Positions 36,689-45,736 of a DNA stretch of 64,000 nt are shown one piece after another. Location: the NCBI GenBank assembly GCA_034421015.1, contig DAOUKT010000037.1, positions 18,133-82,132 on the forward strand, given 5' to 3'. Within the stretch, counting starts at the first letter, position 1. Each line of letters opens with the position of its first letter. The translations under genes were made by a program, and so were the position numbers. A model generated the notes under the pieces. That model saw nothing but the letters and a program-made list of their open reading frames with translations, ran no database searches and was not told where the DNA came from. This DNA comes from Dehalococcoidia bacterium (GTDB lineage: Bacteria; Chloroflexota; Dehalococcoidia; Lucifugimonadales; UBA2985).

Positions 36689-36855
36689 TCGGTATTCTCT
36701 ACAGGGGGTGGTCATGGCGCGCGACACCGCTCATACTGAGCTCGTCGAAGTAAATGAGCGGTGTCAGTCATGTCCACAGTCCTCCCGCTCAAATGGTTCG
36801 ACAGGCTCACCATGAGCGGGAAAGAAGTGGTATTACCAACACGTATAGAGAATAC
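36689..36855. mobile_element. MITE-like two-hairpin element, copy B (full length, with terminal inverted repeats)
   Basis: (TC)GGTATTCTCTAC at the left end and GTATAGAGAATAC at the right end form imperfect TIRs. GGCTAGA is present on both flanks (36682..36688 and 36856..36862). Internal hairpins are CCGCTCAT...ATGAGCGG and CCCGCTCA...TGAGCGGG. Confidence 0.65.
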
Positions 36856-36857
36856 GG

Positions 36858-38087
36858 CTAGAGCTGGTTCCTGGACGTGGAGAAGGACGTCATCTCCTCG
36901 ATTGCCGGGTAGAAGTTGTCCATGCCGCTCCTGCGCACTCTGCCGTCCTCGCTGACAACGACGTCTCCTGTGTCAACCAGCAACTCAAGGTGGCTCACAA
37001 CCTCCGGCACCGCCGCGTAGAAACCCACACCGGCGAGCTTGCGCGGAGGAAAGAGCTTCTCCGTCACCTTGGACACGGTATCGGCGCCCTCGGACAGGAT
37101 TGCCATCACCTGCTCCAGACGCCGCACGTGGTGGCGGACTATGTCCTGGGCGCGCCGCAGGTTGCGAATGTGAAAGCGGTCGTGGGTGTACAGCCTGTGA
37201 GCGGGGAAGATGGTGGTGTAGTAGTCCAGCTCCAGCACCTTGCCCAGGGACCTGAGATAGCTGGCCAGGCCGTAGCACTCGCCGCTGTCCGCGAACTCCT
37301 CCGGGACAATGCCCACCAGCTCCTGTGGGTAGGCCTGCTTGTACGTCGGGTGTGGGGAAATCTGGGGGAGGATGTGGTCGCCGGAAAACACGACACCGTC
37401 CATGCTGATGCTGATCTCGTCCACCGCGTGGCCCGGCGTGTAGAGGAACCGCATTCCTTCAAACTCCTCGCCGTCCCTTATGCGATGAACGGGCAGGTTC
37501 TCCTCCAGAATCCGGCGTCGACCCCTTGTGTAGCTCTGGACGTAGCCCATCCAGCGGTCGTGGTCCTCCTGGCTCCCCCTGCTGCGATACCAGTTCTCCT
37601 CTCCCTGGCGTGAGTCTCGGATGATCCTGTGCAGTGGCGACTCCTCATTCAGGCCCCCGCTACGGTAGCTGTACGGGATGAAGTGGAAGTACATCTCGTG
37701 GGCCCACAGCTCTGCGCCGCTGGCCGCGAGGAGGTCGTAGAGGTTCCCGTCGTGGTCCTGATGGCCGTGGGTGATGATGACGCGCTTGATGTCGGACAGC
37801 GAGAGGCCCAGCGTCCCCAGGCCGTCCTTGAGCGTATCCAAGGCCCCGTGAGGCCCGGCGTCGATAATGGTCCACCCCTGGCAGTCCGTCAGATATGCCC
37901 ACGTGGGTCCGGTCCTGGAACGGTAGTGGTGGGGCAGGGAGATGACGAATACCTGCCTGCCGCTCTGAAGTGTGAAGGCGGCGACTATGCCGTACCCGCT
38001 CTTCTCGCCCTCTTTCAGAACCCGGATGTCTTCAAGGTAGGGGTTGGCCGACCTGTTCCAGGAAATCGCTTCTGATATCGTTGCCAA
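36858..38087 (-). CDS. MBL-fold metallo-hydrolase (large form)
   Basis: VIITHGHQDHDGN, YTPGHAVDE, 409 aa. Confidence 0.82.
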   Translation of the reverse strand: MATISEAISWNRSANPYLEDIRVLKEGEKSGYGIVAAFTLQSGRQVFVISLPHHYRSRTGPTWAYLTDCQGWTIIDAGPHGALDTLKDGLGTLGLSLSDIKRVIITHGHQDHDGNLYDLLAASGAELWAHEMYFHFIPYSYRSGGLNEESPLHRIIRDSRQGEENWYRSRGSQEDHDRWMGYVQSYTRGRRRILEENLPVHRIRDGEEFEGMRFLYTPGHAVDEISISMDGVVFSGDHILPQISPHPTYKQAYPQELVGIVPEEFADSGECYGLASYLRSLGKVLELDYYTTIFPAHRLYTHDRFHIRNLRRAQDIVRHHVRRLEQVMAILSEGADTVSKVTEKLFPPRKLAGVGFYAAVPEVVSHLELLVDTGDVVVSEDGRVRRSGMDNFYPAIEEMTSFSTSRNQL

Positions 38088-38140
38088 GGTTTAGTCACAC
38101 TCCGTAAGCAATGGGACAAATGCGGGCTGCAGGGTAAATG

Positions 38141-38217
38141 GGTGAGCGGAGGGATTTGAACCCTCGATCTCCAGGGCCACAACCTGGCGCCTTAGACCTA
38201 ACTTGGCCACGCCCACC
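38141..38217 (-). tRNA. tRNA-His (anticodon GTG) with encoded G-1; CCA not fully encoded
   Basis: G-GTGGGCG...CCAGG-TTGTGGC-CCTGG-AGATC-GAGGG-TTCAAAT-CCCTC-CGCTCAC-C. The G-1:C73 pair is characteristic of tRNA-His. Confidence 0.85.
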
Positions 38218-38248
38218 ACGCAGAACCAAAAGCGACGACTATTATACA

Positions 38249-38731
38249 CTACAAGGCAAGCGCCCGACCTGCGCCATGCTCCTTCTGCCGCTCCAGAGTG
38301 AGACGGTATTCAGTTTCCAGGCGCATCCAGACGTGGGCCGGGATTTCCAACGCCCGCTCCAGGTCCAACGCAGTACGCGGGGTGATGGCCTTCCTGCCGA
38401 GGATTATCTCACGGACGGCGCTGACCGGCCTCTGCATACACGCCGCCAATTTGCGTTGGCTCATTTCCCTGATTTTCAGTTCGGCTTTTAGCAACACTCC
38501 CGGGGGGTAAACGGCGTCCGGGTCCTCCGGGTTCCTGGGAGGCATCTTATGCCTGCTCTGTGATATGCGCCAGTACTCCGCCAACACGGGCATAACGTCC
38601 GTTATGGGCTTGGCGCGGGCAAACCAGTCGTCATCCAACTCAAAGTCATCCGGGTCCTCAGCGATTTGCCGGTTGATCTCCTCGTCTTCTTCAGGAGTGG
38701 GCCAAACGGTATCCGGCTTAAGTTTGGGCAT
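38249..38731 (-). CDS. Chimeric antitoxin: BrnA-like N-terminal segment fused to a HigA/XRE-type HTH domain
   Basis: The N-terminus PTPEEDEEINRQIAEDPDDFELDDDWFARAKP is BrnA-like. The C-terminus PGVLLKAELKIREMSQRKLAACMQRPVSAVREIILGRKAITPRTALDLERALEIPAHVWMRLETEY is HigA-like. It overlaps brnT by 14 nt. Confidence 0.75.
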   Translation of the reverse strand: MPKLKPDTVWPTPEEDEEINRQIAEDPDDFELDDDWFARAKPITDVMPVLAEYWRISQSRHKMPPRNPEDPDAVYPPGVLLKAELKIREMSQRKLAACMQRPVSAVREIILGRKAITPRTALDLERALEIPAHVWMRLETEYRLTLERQKEHGAGRALAL

Positions 38732-38978
38732 ATTTGATAATCTCCCTTGTGCTAGCCCTACGCAGGCTGATAATACGTATCCTGTTTTCTCTTCGAGTAA
38801 AGACTACCGTGTAGAGTCTGTCGAAGATGTAACCAGTAGCCATGAAGCGTATCTCTGAATACCGATCACTCCTCTCAATTACAGCCGTGTCCCAGTCGAA
38901 GTGTTCAACAGACGCGAAATCCACGTCGCGTCTTGCCAGGGTATCTTCGCGCTTGGCCTCATCCCACTCGTACTCCAC
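38718..38978 (-). CDS. brnT: BrnT-family (DUF497) type II toxin
   Basis: MEYEWDEAKREDTLARRDVDFASV...RFMATGYIFDRLYTVVFTRRENRIRIISLRRASTRE. Confidence 0.85.
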   Translation of the reverse strand: MEYEWDEAKREDTLARRDVDFASVEHFDWDTAVIERSDRYSEIRFMATGYIFDRLYTVVFTRRENRIRIISLRRASTREIIKYAQT

Positions 38979-39079
38979 AATACAATTCTATTCACTCAGA
39001 CTCAGCTTGTCGATTGCCCATATCAGGTGACATGACCCCTTGCAGCCTGCCACTCTCCTTGCATGGCAGCCAGGAAACC

Positions 39080-40588
39080 TCACCTCTGAGCCAGGGACTC
39101 CGCCAGGTTGATGAGAGTCCGGGTGGGCACTCCCGTTGCGCCCTTGACCTGATACCCGGACTCCTTATCCGACATGAAGGTCCCGGCTATGTCCAGGTGC
39201 ACCCAGGGCGTGTCCTCGCTGAACTCCGCCAGGAACTGCGCCGCAGTTATCGACCCCGCCTTCCTGCCGCCGGTGTTCTTCACGTCGGCAACCAGGCTCT
39301 TGTTCTGCTCCTTGTACTCCTCGTACATGGGCATCTGCCAGATGCGCTCTCCGGACGTCTCTCCGGCCTGCACGACCGCCTGCAACAGGTCCTGGTTGTT
39401 GGTGAAGGCCCCTGAGCAGACATCGCCAAGTGCTGTCACCATAGCGCCGGTGAGCGTAGCCACGTCCACCAGCCTGGTTATGCCCATCCGGCGGGCGTAG
39501 CACAGGGCGTCCGAGAGCACCAGGCGGCCCTCCGCGTCGGTGTTCTCCACCTCAACGGTCTTGCCGCTCATGGTGCGCAGCACGTCGCCCGGCTTCTGCG
39601 CGGAGCCGCTGGGCATGTTCTCGGTGGCCGCGGCAATGGCCGTCACGTTCAGCCTCGGCTTGAGCTGGGCAATGGCTTTCATGGCCGAGACGACGGCGGC
39701 GCCGCCGGACATATCGCCCTTCATATCGCCCATGCCGTCCGCGCCCTTCAGGGAAATGCCGCCGGTGTCGAAGGTAATGCCCTTGCCAAGCAGTCCCAGG
39801 TTGTTGCCGGGATTGTCCGGGTCGCCCTTGTACTCCATCACGATGAACTTGGGAGGCTCGACGCTGCCCCTGGCCACCCCAAGGAGCCCGCCCATGCCAA
39901 GCTCCTCCATCTCCGGTTGGTCAATTACAGTCAGCTCCAGGCCGTGTTCACCGGCAATCTGCGTGGCAATCTCCTCGATGTGGGTAGGCGTCATGTGGTT
40001 GGAAGGCTCGTTGACCATGTCCCGGGCCAGCATTGCCGCCTCCGCAAAGGCCCTTCCTCTGTCCAGCGACTCCTGCATTGACGCGAGCTTCCCTGAGTCA
40101 GACTCGACCACGGCCAACTCATTCAACCCCTTATCTTCATCCCCCTGGCTGCTCATGTGCCTCTTGAAGGTGTAGAGGCCCAGCAGGCTGCCCTCTGCGA
40201 TGGCCTGGGCCGACTCGCCCGCGTCCATCCCTCCGATGCCCGCGCCGTGAAGGATAGTGCCGACCTTCTCGATGCCGGCGCCCCGCAGCCTCCGGCAGAC
40301 GGCTCCCATCACCTGCCGCACAACCTCCGCATTGAAGCGGTCGGCCTTGCCCAGGCCCGCCACCACCACGCGGCCGGGCGGAATCCTGCCCAGGGTGTGA
40401 ATAACGGTGATTTCGCCCTTCTTGCCCTTGATCTCGCCGTCGGCAATGAGCTTTGAAATGGCCCCGTCCAGGGCACTGTCCGCCGCGCCGGTCGCGCCCC
40501 CTGGGGACGTGACTCCCTCAAAGAGGTTCACAACCACTGCGCCAGCGTCGAACTGCGTAATATCGCCTGAAACTGCCTTGATCTCCAT
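39080..40588 (-). CDS. pepA: Leucyl aminopeptidase (M17)
   Basis: GKGITFDTGGISLK...MKGDMSGGAAV...NTDAEGRLVLSDAL...ATLTGA. Confidence 0.95.
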   Translation of the reverse strand: MEIKAVSGDITQFDAGAVVVNLFEGVTSPGGATGAADSALDGAISKLIADGEIKGKKGEITVIHTLGRIPPGRVVVAGLGKADRFNAEVVRQVMGAVCRRLRGAGIEKVGTILHGAGIGGMDAGESAQAIAEGSLLGLYTFKRHMSSQGDEDKGLNELAVVESDSGKLASMQESLDRGRAFAEAAMLARDMVNEPSNHMTPTHIEEIATQIAGEHGLELTVIDQPEMEELGMGGLLGVARGSVEPPKFIVMEYKGDPDNPGNNLGLLGKGITFDTGGISLKGADGMGDMKGDMSGGAAVVSAMKAIAQLKPRLNVTAIAAATENMPSGSAQKPGDVLRTMSGKTVEVENTDAEGRLVLSDALCYARRMGITRLVDVATLTGAMVTALGDVCSGAFTNNQDLLQAVVQAGETSGERIWQMPMYEEYKEQNKSLVADVKNTGGRKAGSITAAQFLAEFSEDTPWVHLDIAGTFMSDKESGYQVKGATGVPTRTLINLAESLAQR

Positions 40589-40621
40589 GTTTCCTTCCTT
40601 TCTAGATAGCGATGAGCCGTC

Positions 40622-41248
40622 TTATACTCTCACCCAACGCTGTATCTCCCGAACAATCTTCTCCACGACGGGCTTGATGTCCCTGGACGTATCGACGGCC
40701 AGGTGATTCCGGCGTATGGGCTCCGCCGATGACGCCATACGGTCGTAGACTGAGCGGCCGGCGGAGGAGTTGTCCTCCGGGTCGGCAGCCCCTTCGTCCC
40801 TCCGACCGAGCCTATGGGCCACCACCTCCGGGGGAGCCTCCATCCGCACCAGGATAAGCCTGGCGTTGGCCCTGTGCGCAATGTTGTAGAGCCGCTCCCT
40901 GTTGGACTCCACAAGGTTTGTGGCGTCCAGCAGGACGGGGATGCGCCTGCACGCCATCTCCTCTATGAGCGCGTGGCAGGCCCTGAACAGCCGGGCGCTC
41001 TCCTCCGCCGAGTAGTCCGGCTCGGGAAACAGGGCGCGCCGCATGACGTCCGTCTCCACAACCGCGATCGGGAAGCGCTCCGCCAGGCGACGGCTGAAGT
41101 ACGACTTTCCGGTCCCCGGCAGACCGCTGACCACAACCAGCACCGCTCGCGGCAGCGGGTCCGGCACCGATGGAAGATGCCACTGCAGCAGGCTTACGTC
41201 GTCTGACAGGAGAGCTTTCTTCATACCACCATAGATGAAGGGGGCCAC
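40622..41248 (-). CDS. P-loop kinase (AAA_33 / zeta-toxin-like fold)
   Basis: Contains Walker A SGLPGTGKS and LLDATN. About 200 aa; the start (ATG 41248 or 41224) is uncertain. Confidence 0.65.
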   Translation of the reverse strand: MAPFIYGGMKKALLSDDVSLLQWHLPSVPDPLPRAVLVVVSGLPGTGKSYFSRRLAERFPIAVVETDVMRRALFPEPDYSAEESARLFRACHALIEEMACRRIPVLLDATNLVESNRERLYNIAHRANARLILVRMEAPPEVVAHRLGRRDEGAADPEDNSSAGRSVYDRMASSAEPIRRNHLAVDTSRDIKPVVEKIVREIQRWVRV

Positions 41249-41416
41249 GATGCGAGAGCGTCCAATGTCGCGCCTTCATTATATTCCCGCGTCCTCGCGC
41301 AGGCAACGAGTGGAGGAGGCGTGGGTATTCCACCCCAACGGAGCATAGATGGTATTCTTGGCGTATATTGGTCATGGCAGCTTTAGAGCGCCGTATCAAG
41401 CCAAAGCTGGAGGATT

Positions 41417-42019
41417 ATGCCAACAAATTTCTATTACGTCTATGCCCTTAAAGATCCCAGGTCATCGCCAGCGAAGCCCTTCTACATCGGGAAAGGCACG
41501 GGCAGTCGAGCCTACGATCATCTGGTCACGCCGGATAGAACGCGAAAATACGCTCGTATTCAAGAGATTACTGCCACAGGCCGCAAGCCCCTGGTAGACA
41601 TTCTGGTTGATAACCTGTCTGAGACTGAAGCACTCCGCATTGAAGCCGAGCTCATCGCAGCATTCGGTACGGAAGAGACGGGCGGCCTGCTTACAAACTC
41701 GGTAGTACCTGCCGGATTGAGTCCAAAGAAGAGCTCCAGTATTGTTGTTCCACAAGGTGCAGTTGAGCAAGCACAACTGGCATTGGCATTGCTTAAAGAA
41801 GCTGTCGAAAAGCTCATTGCCGCCAATCCGGATGGTATAACAAACTCAGAAGTAGCCGGGTGTTTGGGCCTCCGCAGCGATTATCGCGGGAGGCAGAAAG
41901 ACTACCTCTCCTACAGTGTTCTTGGGCTGCTGCTCAGAGAAGGCCGCGTGGCGCGTCGCGAAGGGCGTCCTCCACGGCACATCTCTTCATCTTCTGACCA
42001 TCTAGCGCAAAAGGTGTGA
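41417..42019 (+). CDS. GIY-YIG nuclease-domain protein with a C-terminal winged-helix-like region
   Basis: FYYVYALKD...PFYIGKGTGSRAYDHL...RIQEI...EALRIEAELIAAFG is a GIY-YIG pattern. GGAGG precedes the ATG. By eye it is AT-richer than its neighbours. Confidence 0.65.
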   Translation: MPTNFYYVYALKDPRSSPAKPFYIGKGTGSRAYDHLVTPDRTRKYARIQEITATGRKPLVDILVDNLSETEALRIEAELIAAFGTEETGGLLTNSVVPAGLSPKKSSSIVVPQGAVEQAQLALALLKEAVEKLIAANPDGITNSEVAGCLGLRSDYRGRQKDYLSYSVLGLLLREGRVARREGRPPRHISSSSDHLAQKV

Positions 42020-42039
42020 GGCGGTGTAGGCCGCGCATC

Positions 42040-42909
42040 TCACTCCACTGAGTGGAAGGCGATACCCATAAGCCCCGGGCCCGTGTGGGACCCGATGACC
42101 GGGGTTGTCTCGCTCACCAGCGCCTCAACGCAGTTGAACTCCGAAAGCAGCCTCTGCCTGAGAATCTCTGCGTCGTCCGGGGCGATTGCGTGCATAACAT
42201 TCGCGCGGAACGGCGCGCCGCCCGTGCGCTGGCGGACCAGGGCCAGCAACCGTTCCATAGCCCTCCGCCTGGTCCTGGGACGGTCCAAGGGCCGAACCCC
42301 ACCGTCCCTGAACTCCAGAAGGGGTTTCAGCTTCAGGACGGAGCCTGTGAATGCCGCCATTCCCGGTATCCGGCCCCCCTTCCACAGGTAGTACAGCGTA
42401 TCCAGAAAGGCCAGCAGCTCGACGCCACGCCCCACACGCTGGGCCTCCGCCTTGACCTCGTCCAGGTCAACGCCTCCCGCGGCCGCTCGCGCCGCAGCCA
42501 GCGCCACCAGCCCCTCGGCGGCGGCCGCTGCCTGGGTGTCCACAACCTCGATCCTGGTATCCGGCAAAGACCGCTGGGCCATCTCCGCAGAGGCCAGGGC
42601 CACGTTGTACGTGGCGCTGATGGAGGACAGGACCGTCAGGCACAGAACGCTGTCTGCGATAGACGCGGCGGCAGAGAAGGCCTCCAGGAAGCTGGCGGGA
42701 CTGGGGGCGGAGGTGACGGGTAAATGCTCGCACTTGGGCAGGAGGTTGTAGAACTGGCTGGGTGATATGTCGACGCCGTCGCGGTATGTCTTTCCATCAA
42801 TGGAGAGCTGCATGGGAACAACGTGCAGCTTGAGGTCGTCCACGAGGGCCGGGGGAAGGCAGACTGCGCTATCGACTACCAGGGCTACTTTCGCTTGCAA
42901 GATAAGCAC
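42040..42909 (-). CDS. DegV-family fatty-acid-binding protein
   Basis: VALVVDSAVCLPPALVDDLKLHVVPMQLSIDGKTYRDGVDISPSQFYNLL...TSAPSP...PVIGSHTGPG. Confidence 0.88.
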   Translation of the reverse strand: MLILQAKVALVVDSAVCLPPALVDDLKLHVVPMQLSIDGKTYRDGVDISPSQFYNLLPKCEHLPVTSAPSPASFLEAFSAAASIADSVLCLTVLSSISATYNVALASAEMAQRSLPDTRIEVVDTQAAAAAEGLVALAAARAAAGGVDLDEVKAEAQRVGRGVELLAFLDTLYYLWKGGRIPGMAAFTGSVLKLKPLLEFRDGGVRPLDRPRTRRRAMERLLALVRQRTGGAPFRANVMHAIAPDDAEILRQRLLSEFNCVEALVSETTPVIGSHTGPGLMGIAFHSVE

Positions 42910-42957
42910 CCCATCGCAGAAATGAGGGCCTGTGTCCGTTGAGGTCGGTATCCTGAC

Positions 42958-43950
42958 TTAGCCGGCGCCGGTGGAAGACCGCTCGACGTCCATGGAGTCC
43001 AGCCACTCGTCGTCGCTGGCTATCCTGGACTCCAGCAAGTACGGGCTCAGCAGGAAGGCCACGCAGATCGCCGACATCAGTATGAGGCCGAGAGGGCCGG
43101 CCTCGCTCCTGTAGCTCAAGTAGACCAGCGCGAACACAACGGGAATGGCTATGAGCAGCAGGCCCAGCTTGTACAGCCTCTGCCTGATTCGGCAGAAAGT
43201 GGCCGTGGTGATTGCCAGGGCCAGCAGCCCCATGGCGGTGTAGCCGTCCGTCAACTGGAACTGTTCGGTCTGGTAGGCCAGCATCCCGCCCCGGCCCTGG
43301 AGGAAGACCAGCCACGTGGCAATGAACGGGAAGGGAAGACCCATGAGGGAAGCGAATATCCAGTCGGTCCTGACGACCCGCACCAGCACGGCTGACAAAA
43401 CGGGAATCGCCAGGGGAATGTAGATCAGGATGCCCAGGTACGCCAGGGGATGTAGTGGAAGGGTTCCTTCAGTCACCAGGCTCCACACTCCGGTCACCAG
43501 CGCCATGAAGGCGAAGAACCAGACTGCAACCGGAGCGGCCATGCTGTAGCCAACCCAGGGATACACCCACACCGGCCTTCCGCTCCGCCACGCCCCCACC
43601 GCTATTGCGAGTATGGCGGCGTATCCCAGTGCTATCCAGACCGGGTTTGACCAGAGGTGTAGAGAGAAGTAAAGCGCCGTGAGTATGTGGGGAACGCTTG
43701 CAAGAGCGGCGTCGCCCAGGGACGTGCGGCTGTGGGTGTTGTACATCCCCTCAGCGATGGCGTTGGGGCTGCCCAGTCCCCGCAACGCCTCCTCCATTGA
43801 GGCGTCCTCGGACATACCCTGTTCCTGCAACTCCAGAGCCCTCTCTTCAACGTGGCTCTGGATCTCCCGGAGGATCTCTTTCTCCTTCCGGGGACCCAGA
43901 TGCAGGGATTTCCTGAGGTGTTTAAGATAGACCCTGACTTCAGAGCTCAT
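42958..43950 (-). CDS. Polytopic membrane protein with a DUF1700-like N-terminal domain (PadR partner)
   Basis: N-terminus is YLKHLRKSL...EKEILREIQSHVEE...GMSEDASMEEALRGLGSPNAIAEGMY, followed by multiple TM helices. It sits downstream of padR. Confidence 0.65.
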   Translation of the reverse strand: MSSEVRVYLKHLRKSLHLGPRKEKEILREIQSHVEERALELQEQGMSEDASMEEALRGLGSPNAIAEGMYNTHSRTSLGDAALASVPHILTALYFSLHLWSNPVWIALGYAAILAIAVGAWRSGRPVWVYPWVGYSMAAPVAVWFFAFMALVTGVWSLVTEGTLPLHPLAYLGILIYIPLAIPVLSAVLVRVVRTDWIFASLMGLPFPFIATWLVFLQGRGGMLAYQTEQFQLTDGYTAMGLLALAITTATFCRIRQRLYKLGLLLIAIPVVFALVYLSYRSEAGPLGLILMSAICVAFLLSPYLLESRIASDDEWLDSMDVERSSTGAG

Positions 43951-43969
43951 TGCGGTTGTCCGGTGGTTG

Positions 43970-44305
43970 TTACTGGGATGCGTTAGTCTCGATGATCATG
44001 TTGGCCGCATGGGAGAAGCTCTTCCACTCCTCCAGCAGGCTCTCAAGGAACTTCTGGCCCTTGGCCGTCATGTGATAGTAGCGGCGATTCTGGCCGCTGG
44101 CCGAGGTGCGCCACCTGCCGTCTATCAGCCCATCCTCCTCCAGACGATGCAGAGCGGAGTACAGGGTGCCCTCCTTGAACCGGAAGTACCCGTTGCTCCG
44201 GTTGTCCATCTCCCTCACCATCTGATAGCCGTACATTGGCTCCAAGGCAAGCAGGGAGAGCAACAGCGTCTCGGTGCTCCCTTTCAGTAATTCTCTTCGG
44301 TACAT
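43970..44305 (-). CDS. PadR-family transcriptional regulator
   Basis: LLKGSTETLLLSLLALEPMYGYQMVREM...FRFKEGTLYSALHRLEEDGLIDGRW. Confidence 0.9.
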   Translation of the reverse strand: MYRRELLKGSTETLLLSLLALEPMYGYQMVREMDNRSNGYFRFKEGTLYSALHRLEEDGLIDGRWRTSASGQNRRYYHMTAKGQKFLESLLEEWKSFSHAANMIIETNASQ

Positions 44306-44478
44306 AACTCCCCCATACCTTTACAGGTTGAGGCTATTATTGCCCATACCACTTGTTGGGTCAACCCTTGCGCCGCCTCTGGGCCAATCCCCTTACGTGC
44401 GTGTCATTCGCGTCATCGCCCCTGCATCCCGCCGCGTGCGTGTGATATATTTGAGCAAAGCCGTCACAGCGAGGAGAT

Positions 44479-44973
44479 ATGTTCACCCTAGGCATACTGA
44501 CCAGCAGCGATATGGGTTCCAAGGGGGAGCGAGAGGACACCAGCGGGCAGACCATAAAGGACATACTCACGCCCCTGGGCTTCACCGTCCAGAACTACGA
44601 GATAGTGCCGGACGAGGCCTCTATCATATCCGCCAGACTGACGGAGTGGGCCGATAGCGGGGAGGTGGACCTGATTGTGACCACCGGAGGGACCGGCCTG
44701 GGTCCGAGAGACGTTACCCCTGAAGCCACACAAGCCGTGATTCATCGCCCCGTGCCCGGTATTCCAGAGGCCATGCGCCAGGCCGGCATGACTCAAACCC
44801 CCTTCGCCATGATAAGCCGGGGAATTGCGGGCGCACGCGGCAGCTGCCTGATCATCAACCTGCCGGGAAGCCCCAGAGGGGTCAGGGAGAACCTGGAGGC
44901 GGTGGTGGCAGTCATCCCCCACGCGCTGGAGACTCTCAAAAGGGCCAGGACGGAGACGCACCCAACGCAGTAG
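44479..44973 (+). CDS. MogA/MoaB-family molybdenum cofactor biosynthesis protein
   Basis: GILTSSD...DTSGQTI...[21 protein letters not shown]...PGIPEAMR...INLPGSPRG. Confidence 0.88.
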   Translation: MFTLGILTSSDMGSKGEREDTSGQTIKDILTPLGFTVQNYEIVPDEASIISARLTEWADSGEVDLIVTTGGTGLGPRDVTPEATQAVIHRPVPGIPEAMRQAGMTQTPFAMISRGIAGARGSCLIINLPGSPRGVRENLEAVVAVIPHALETLKRARTETHPTQ

Positions 44974-44974
44974 C

Positions 44975-45733
44975 ATGAGCATGGACATCCACATCCTTAC
45001 CCTGTTCCCGGACATGTTCCGGGGGCCGTTCGACGAGAGCATAGTCAAGCGCGCCGTGGAACGCGGCCTGGCGTCCATCCACATCCACAACCTTCGCGAC
45101 TACGCCCTGGACAAGCATCGCGTGGTGGACGACTACCCATTCGGCGGCGGCGGCGGCATGGTCCTCAAGCCGGAGCCCCTCTTCCGCGCCGTAGAGGACT
45201 TGAGGTTGCGAATATCGGAGGCCGGTTCCCCCGAGCGGGCGGCCGAGGCCCTTGTCGTGCTGCTCACGCCCCAAGGCAGGGTGCTGGACCAGGAAGCGGC
45301 CGGCCGTCTGGCAATGAGCCGGGACCTAGTCCTCATCTGCGGCCACTACGAGGGTGTGGACGAACGCGTGAGGGAGCATCTGGTCGACTGCGAGATCAGC
45401 ATCGGGGACTACGTGCTGAGCGGCGGGGAGGTGCCGGCGATGGCGCTGGTGGATGCGATGGTCCGCCTGCTGCCCGGAGCGGTGGGCGACACAGCCTCCA
45501 TCGAGGACGACTCCCACGCGTCGGGCCTTCTCCAGTTCCCCCAGTACACCAGGCCGGCCAAGTTCAGAGACTGGGAGACGCCGCCGGTTCTCCTCTCCGG
45601 AAACCATGAAGAGGTGAGACGCTGGAGGCGGCTGCAAGCCCTGCGCCGTACCCGGCGCCATCGCCCCGACCTGCTGGAGAAGGCGCCCCTCACCCCGGAG
45701 GACATTCGCCTGCTGGAAGAGACGGAGGGCTAG
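44975..45733 (+). CDS. trmD: tRNA (guanine37-N1)-methyltransferase
   Basis: [23 protein letters not shown]...[17 protein letters not shown]...[13 protein letters not shown]...[12 protein letters not shown]. Confidence 0.96.
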   Translation: MSMDIHILTLFPDMFRGPFDESIVKRAVERGLASIHIHNLRDYALDKHRVVDDYPFGGGGGMVLKPEPLFRAVEDLRLRISEAGSPERAAEALVVLLTPQGRVLDQEAAGRLAMSRDLVLICGHYEGVDERVREHLVDCEISIGDYVLSGGEVPAMALVDAMVRLLPGAVGDTASIEDDSHASGLLQFPQYTRPAKFRDWETPPVLLSGNHEEVRRWRRLQALRRTRRHRPDLLEKAPLTPEDIRLLEETEG

Positions 45734-45736
45734 GGG

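Noticed and set aside
36761-36955. Small ORFs encoding '..KWFDRLTMSGKE..' (36761..36955) and the similar frames at 14841..15026 and 14653..14856.
   Set aside because: They are translations of the two-hairpin MITE-like repeat. Their similarity comes from the DNA repeat, and they have no SD or plausible start context.
38139-38260. Integrated island bounded by tRNA-His.
   Set aside because: The adjacent toxin-antitoxin cassette is AT-richer. However, I found no integrase gene and no direct repeat of the tRNA 3' end within the window, so an island call is not supported. The context is noted in the findings only.
44306-44478. Possible Moco riboswitch or other leader upstream of the mog/moaB-family gene.
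   Set aside because: I could not find the conserved Moco-motif elements or a convincing multi-stem structure by eye. The only feature is a short direct repeat, CGTGCGTGT, occurring twice. The region also has to house the divergent padR promoter. The call is not supported without a covariance-model scan.
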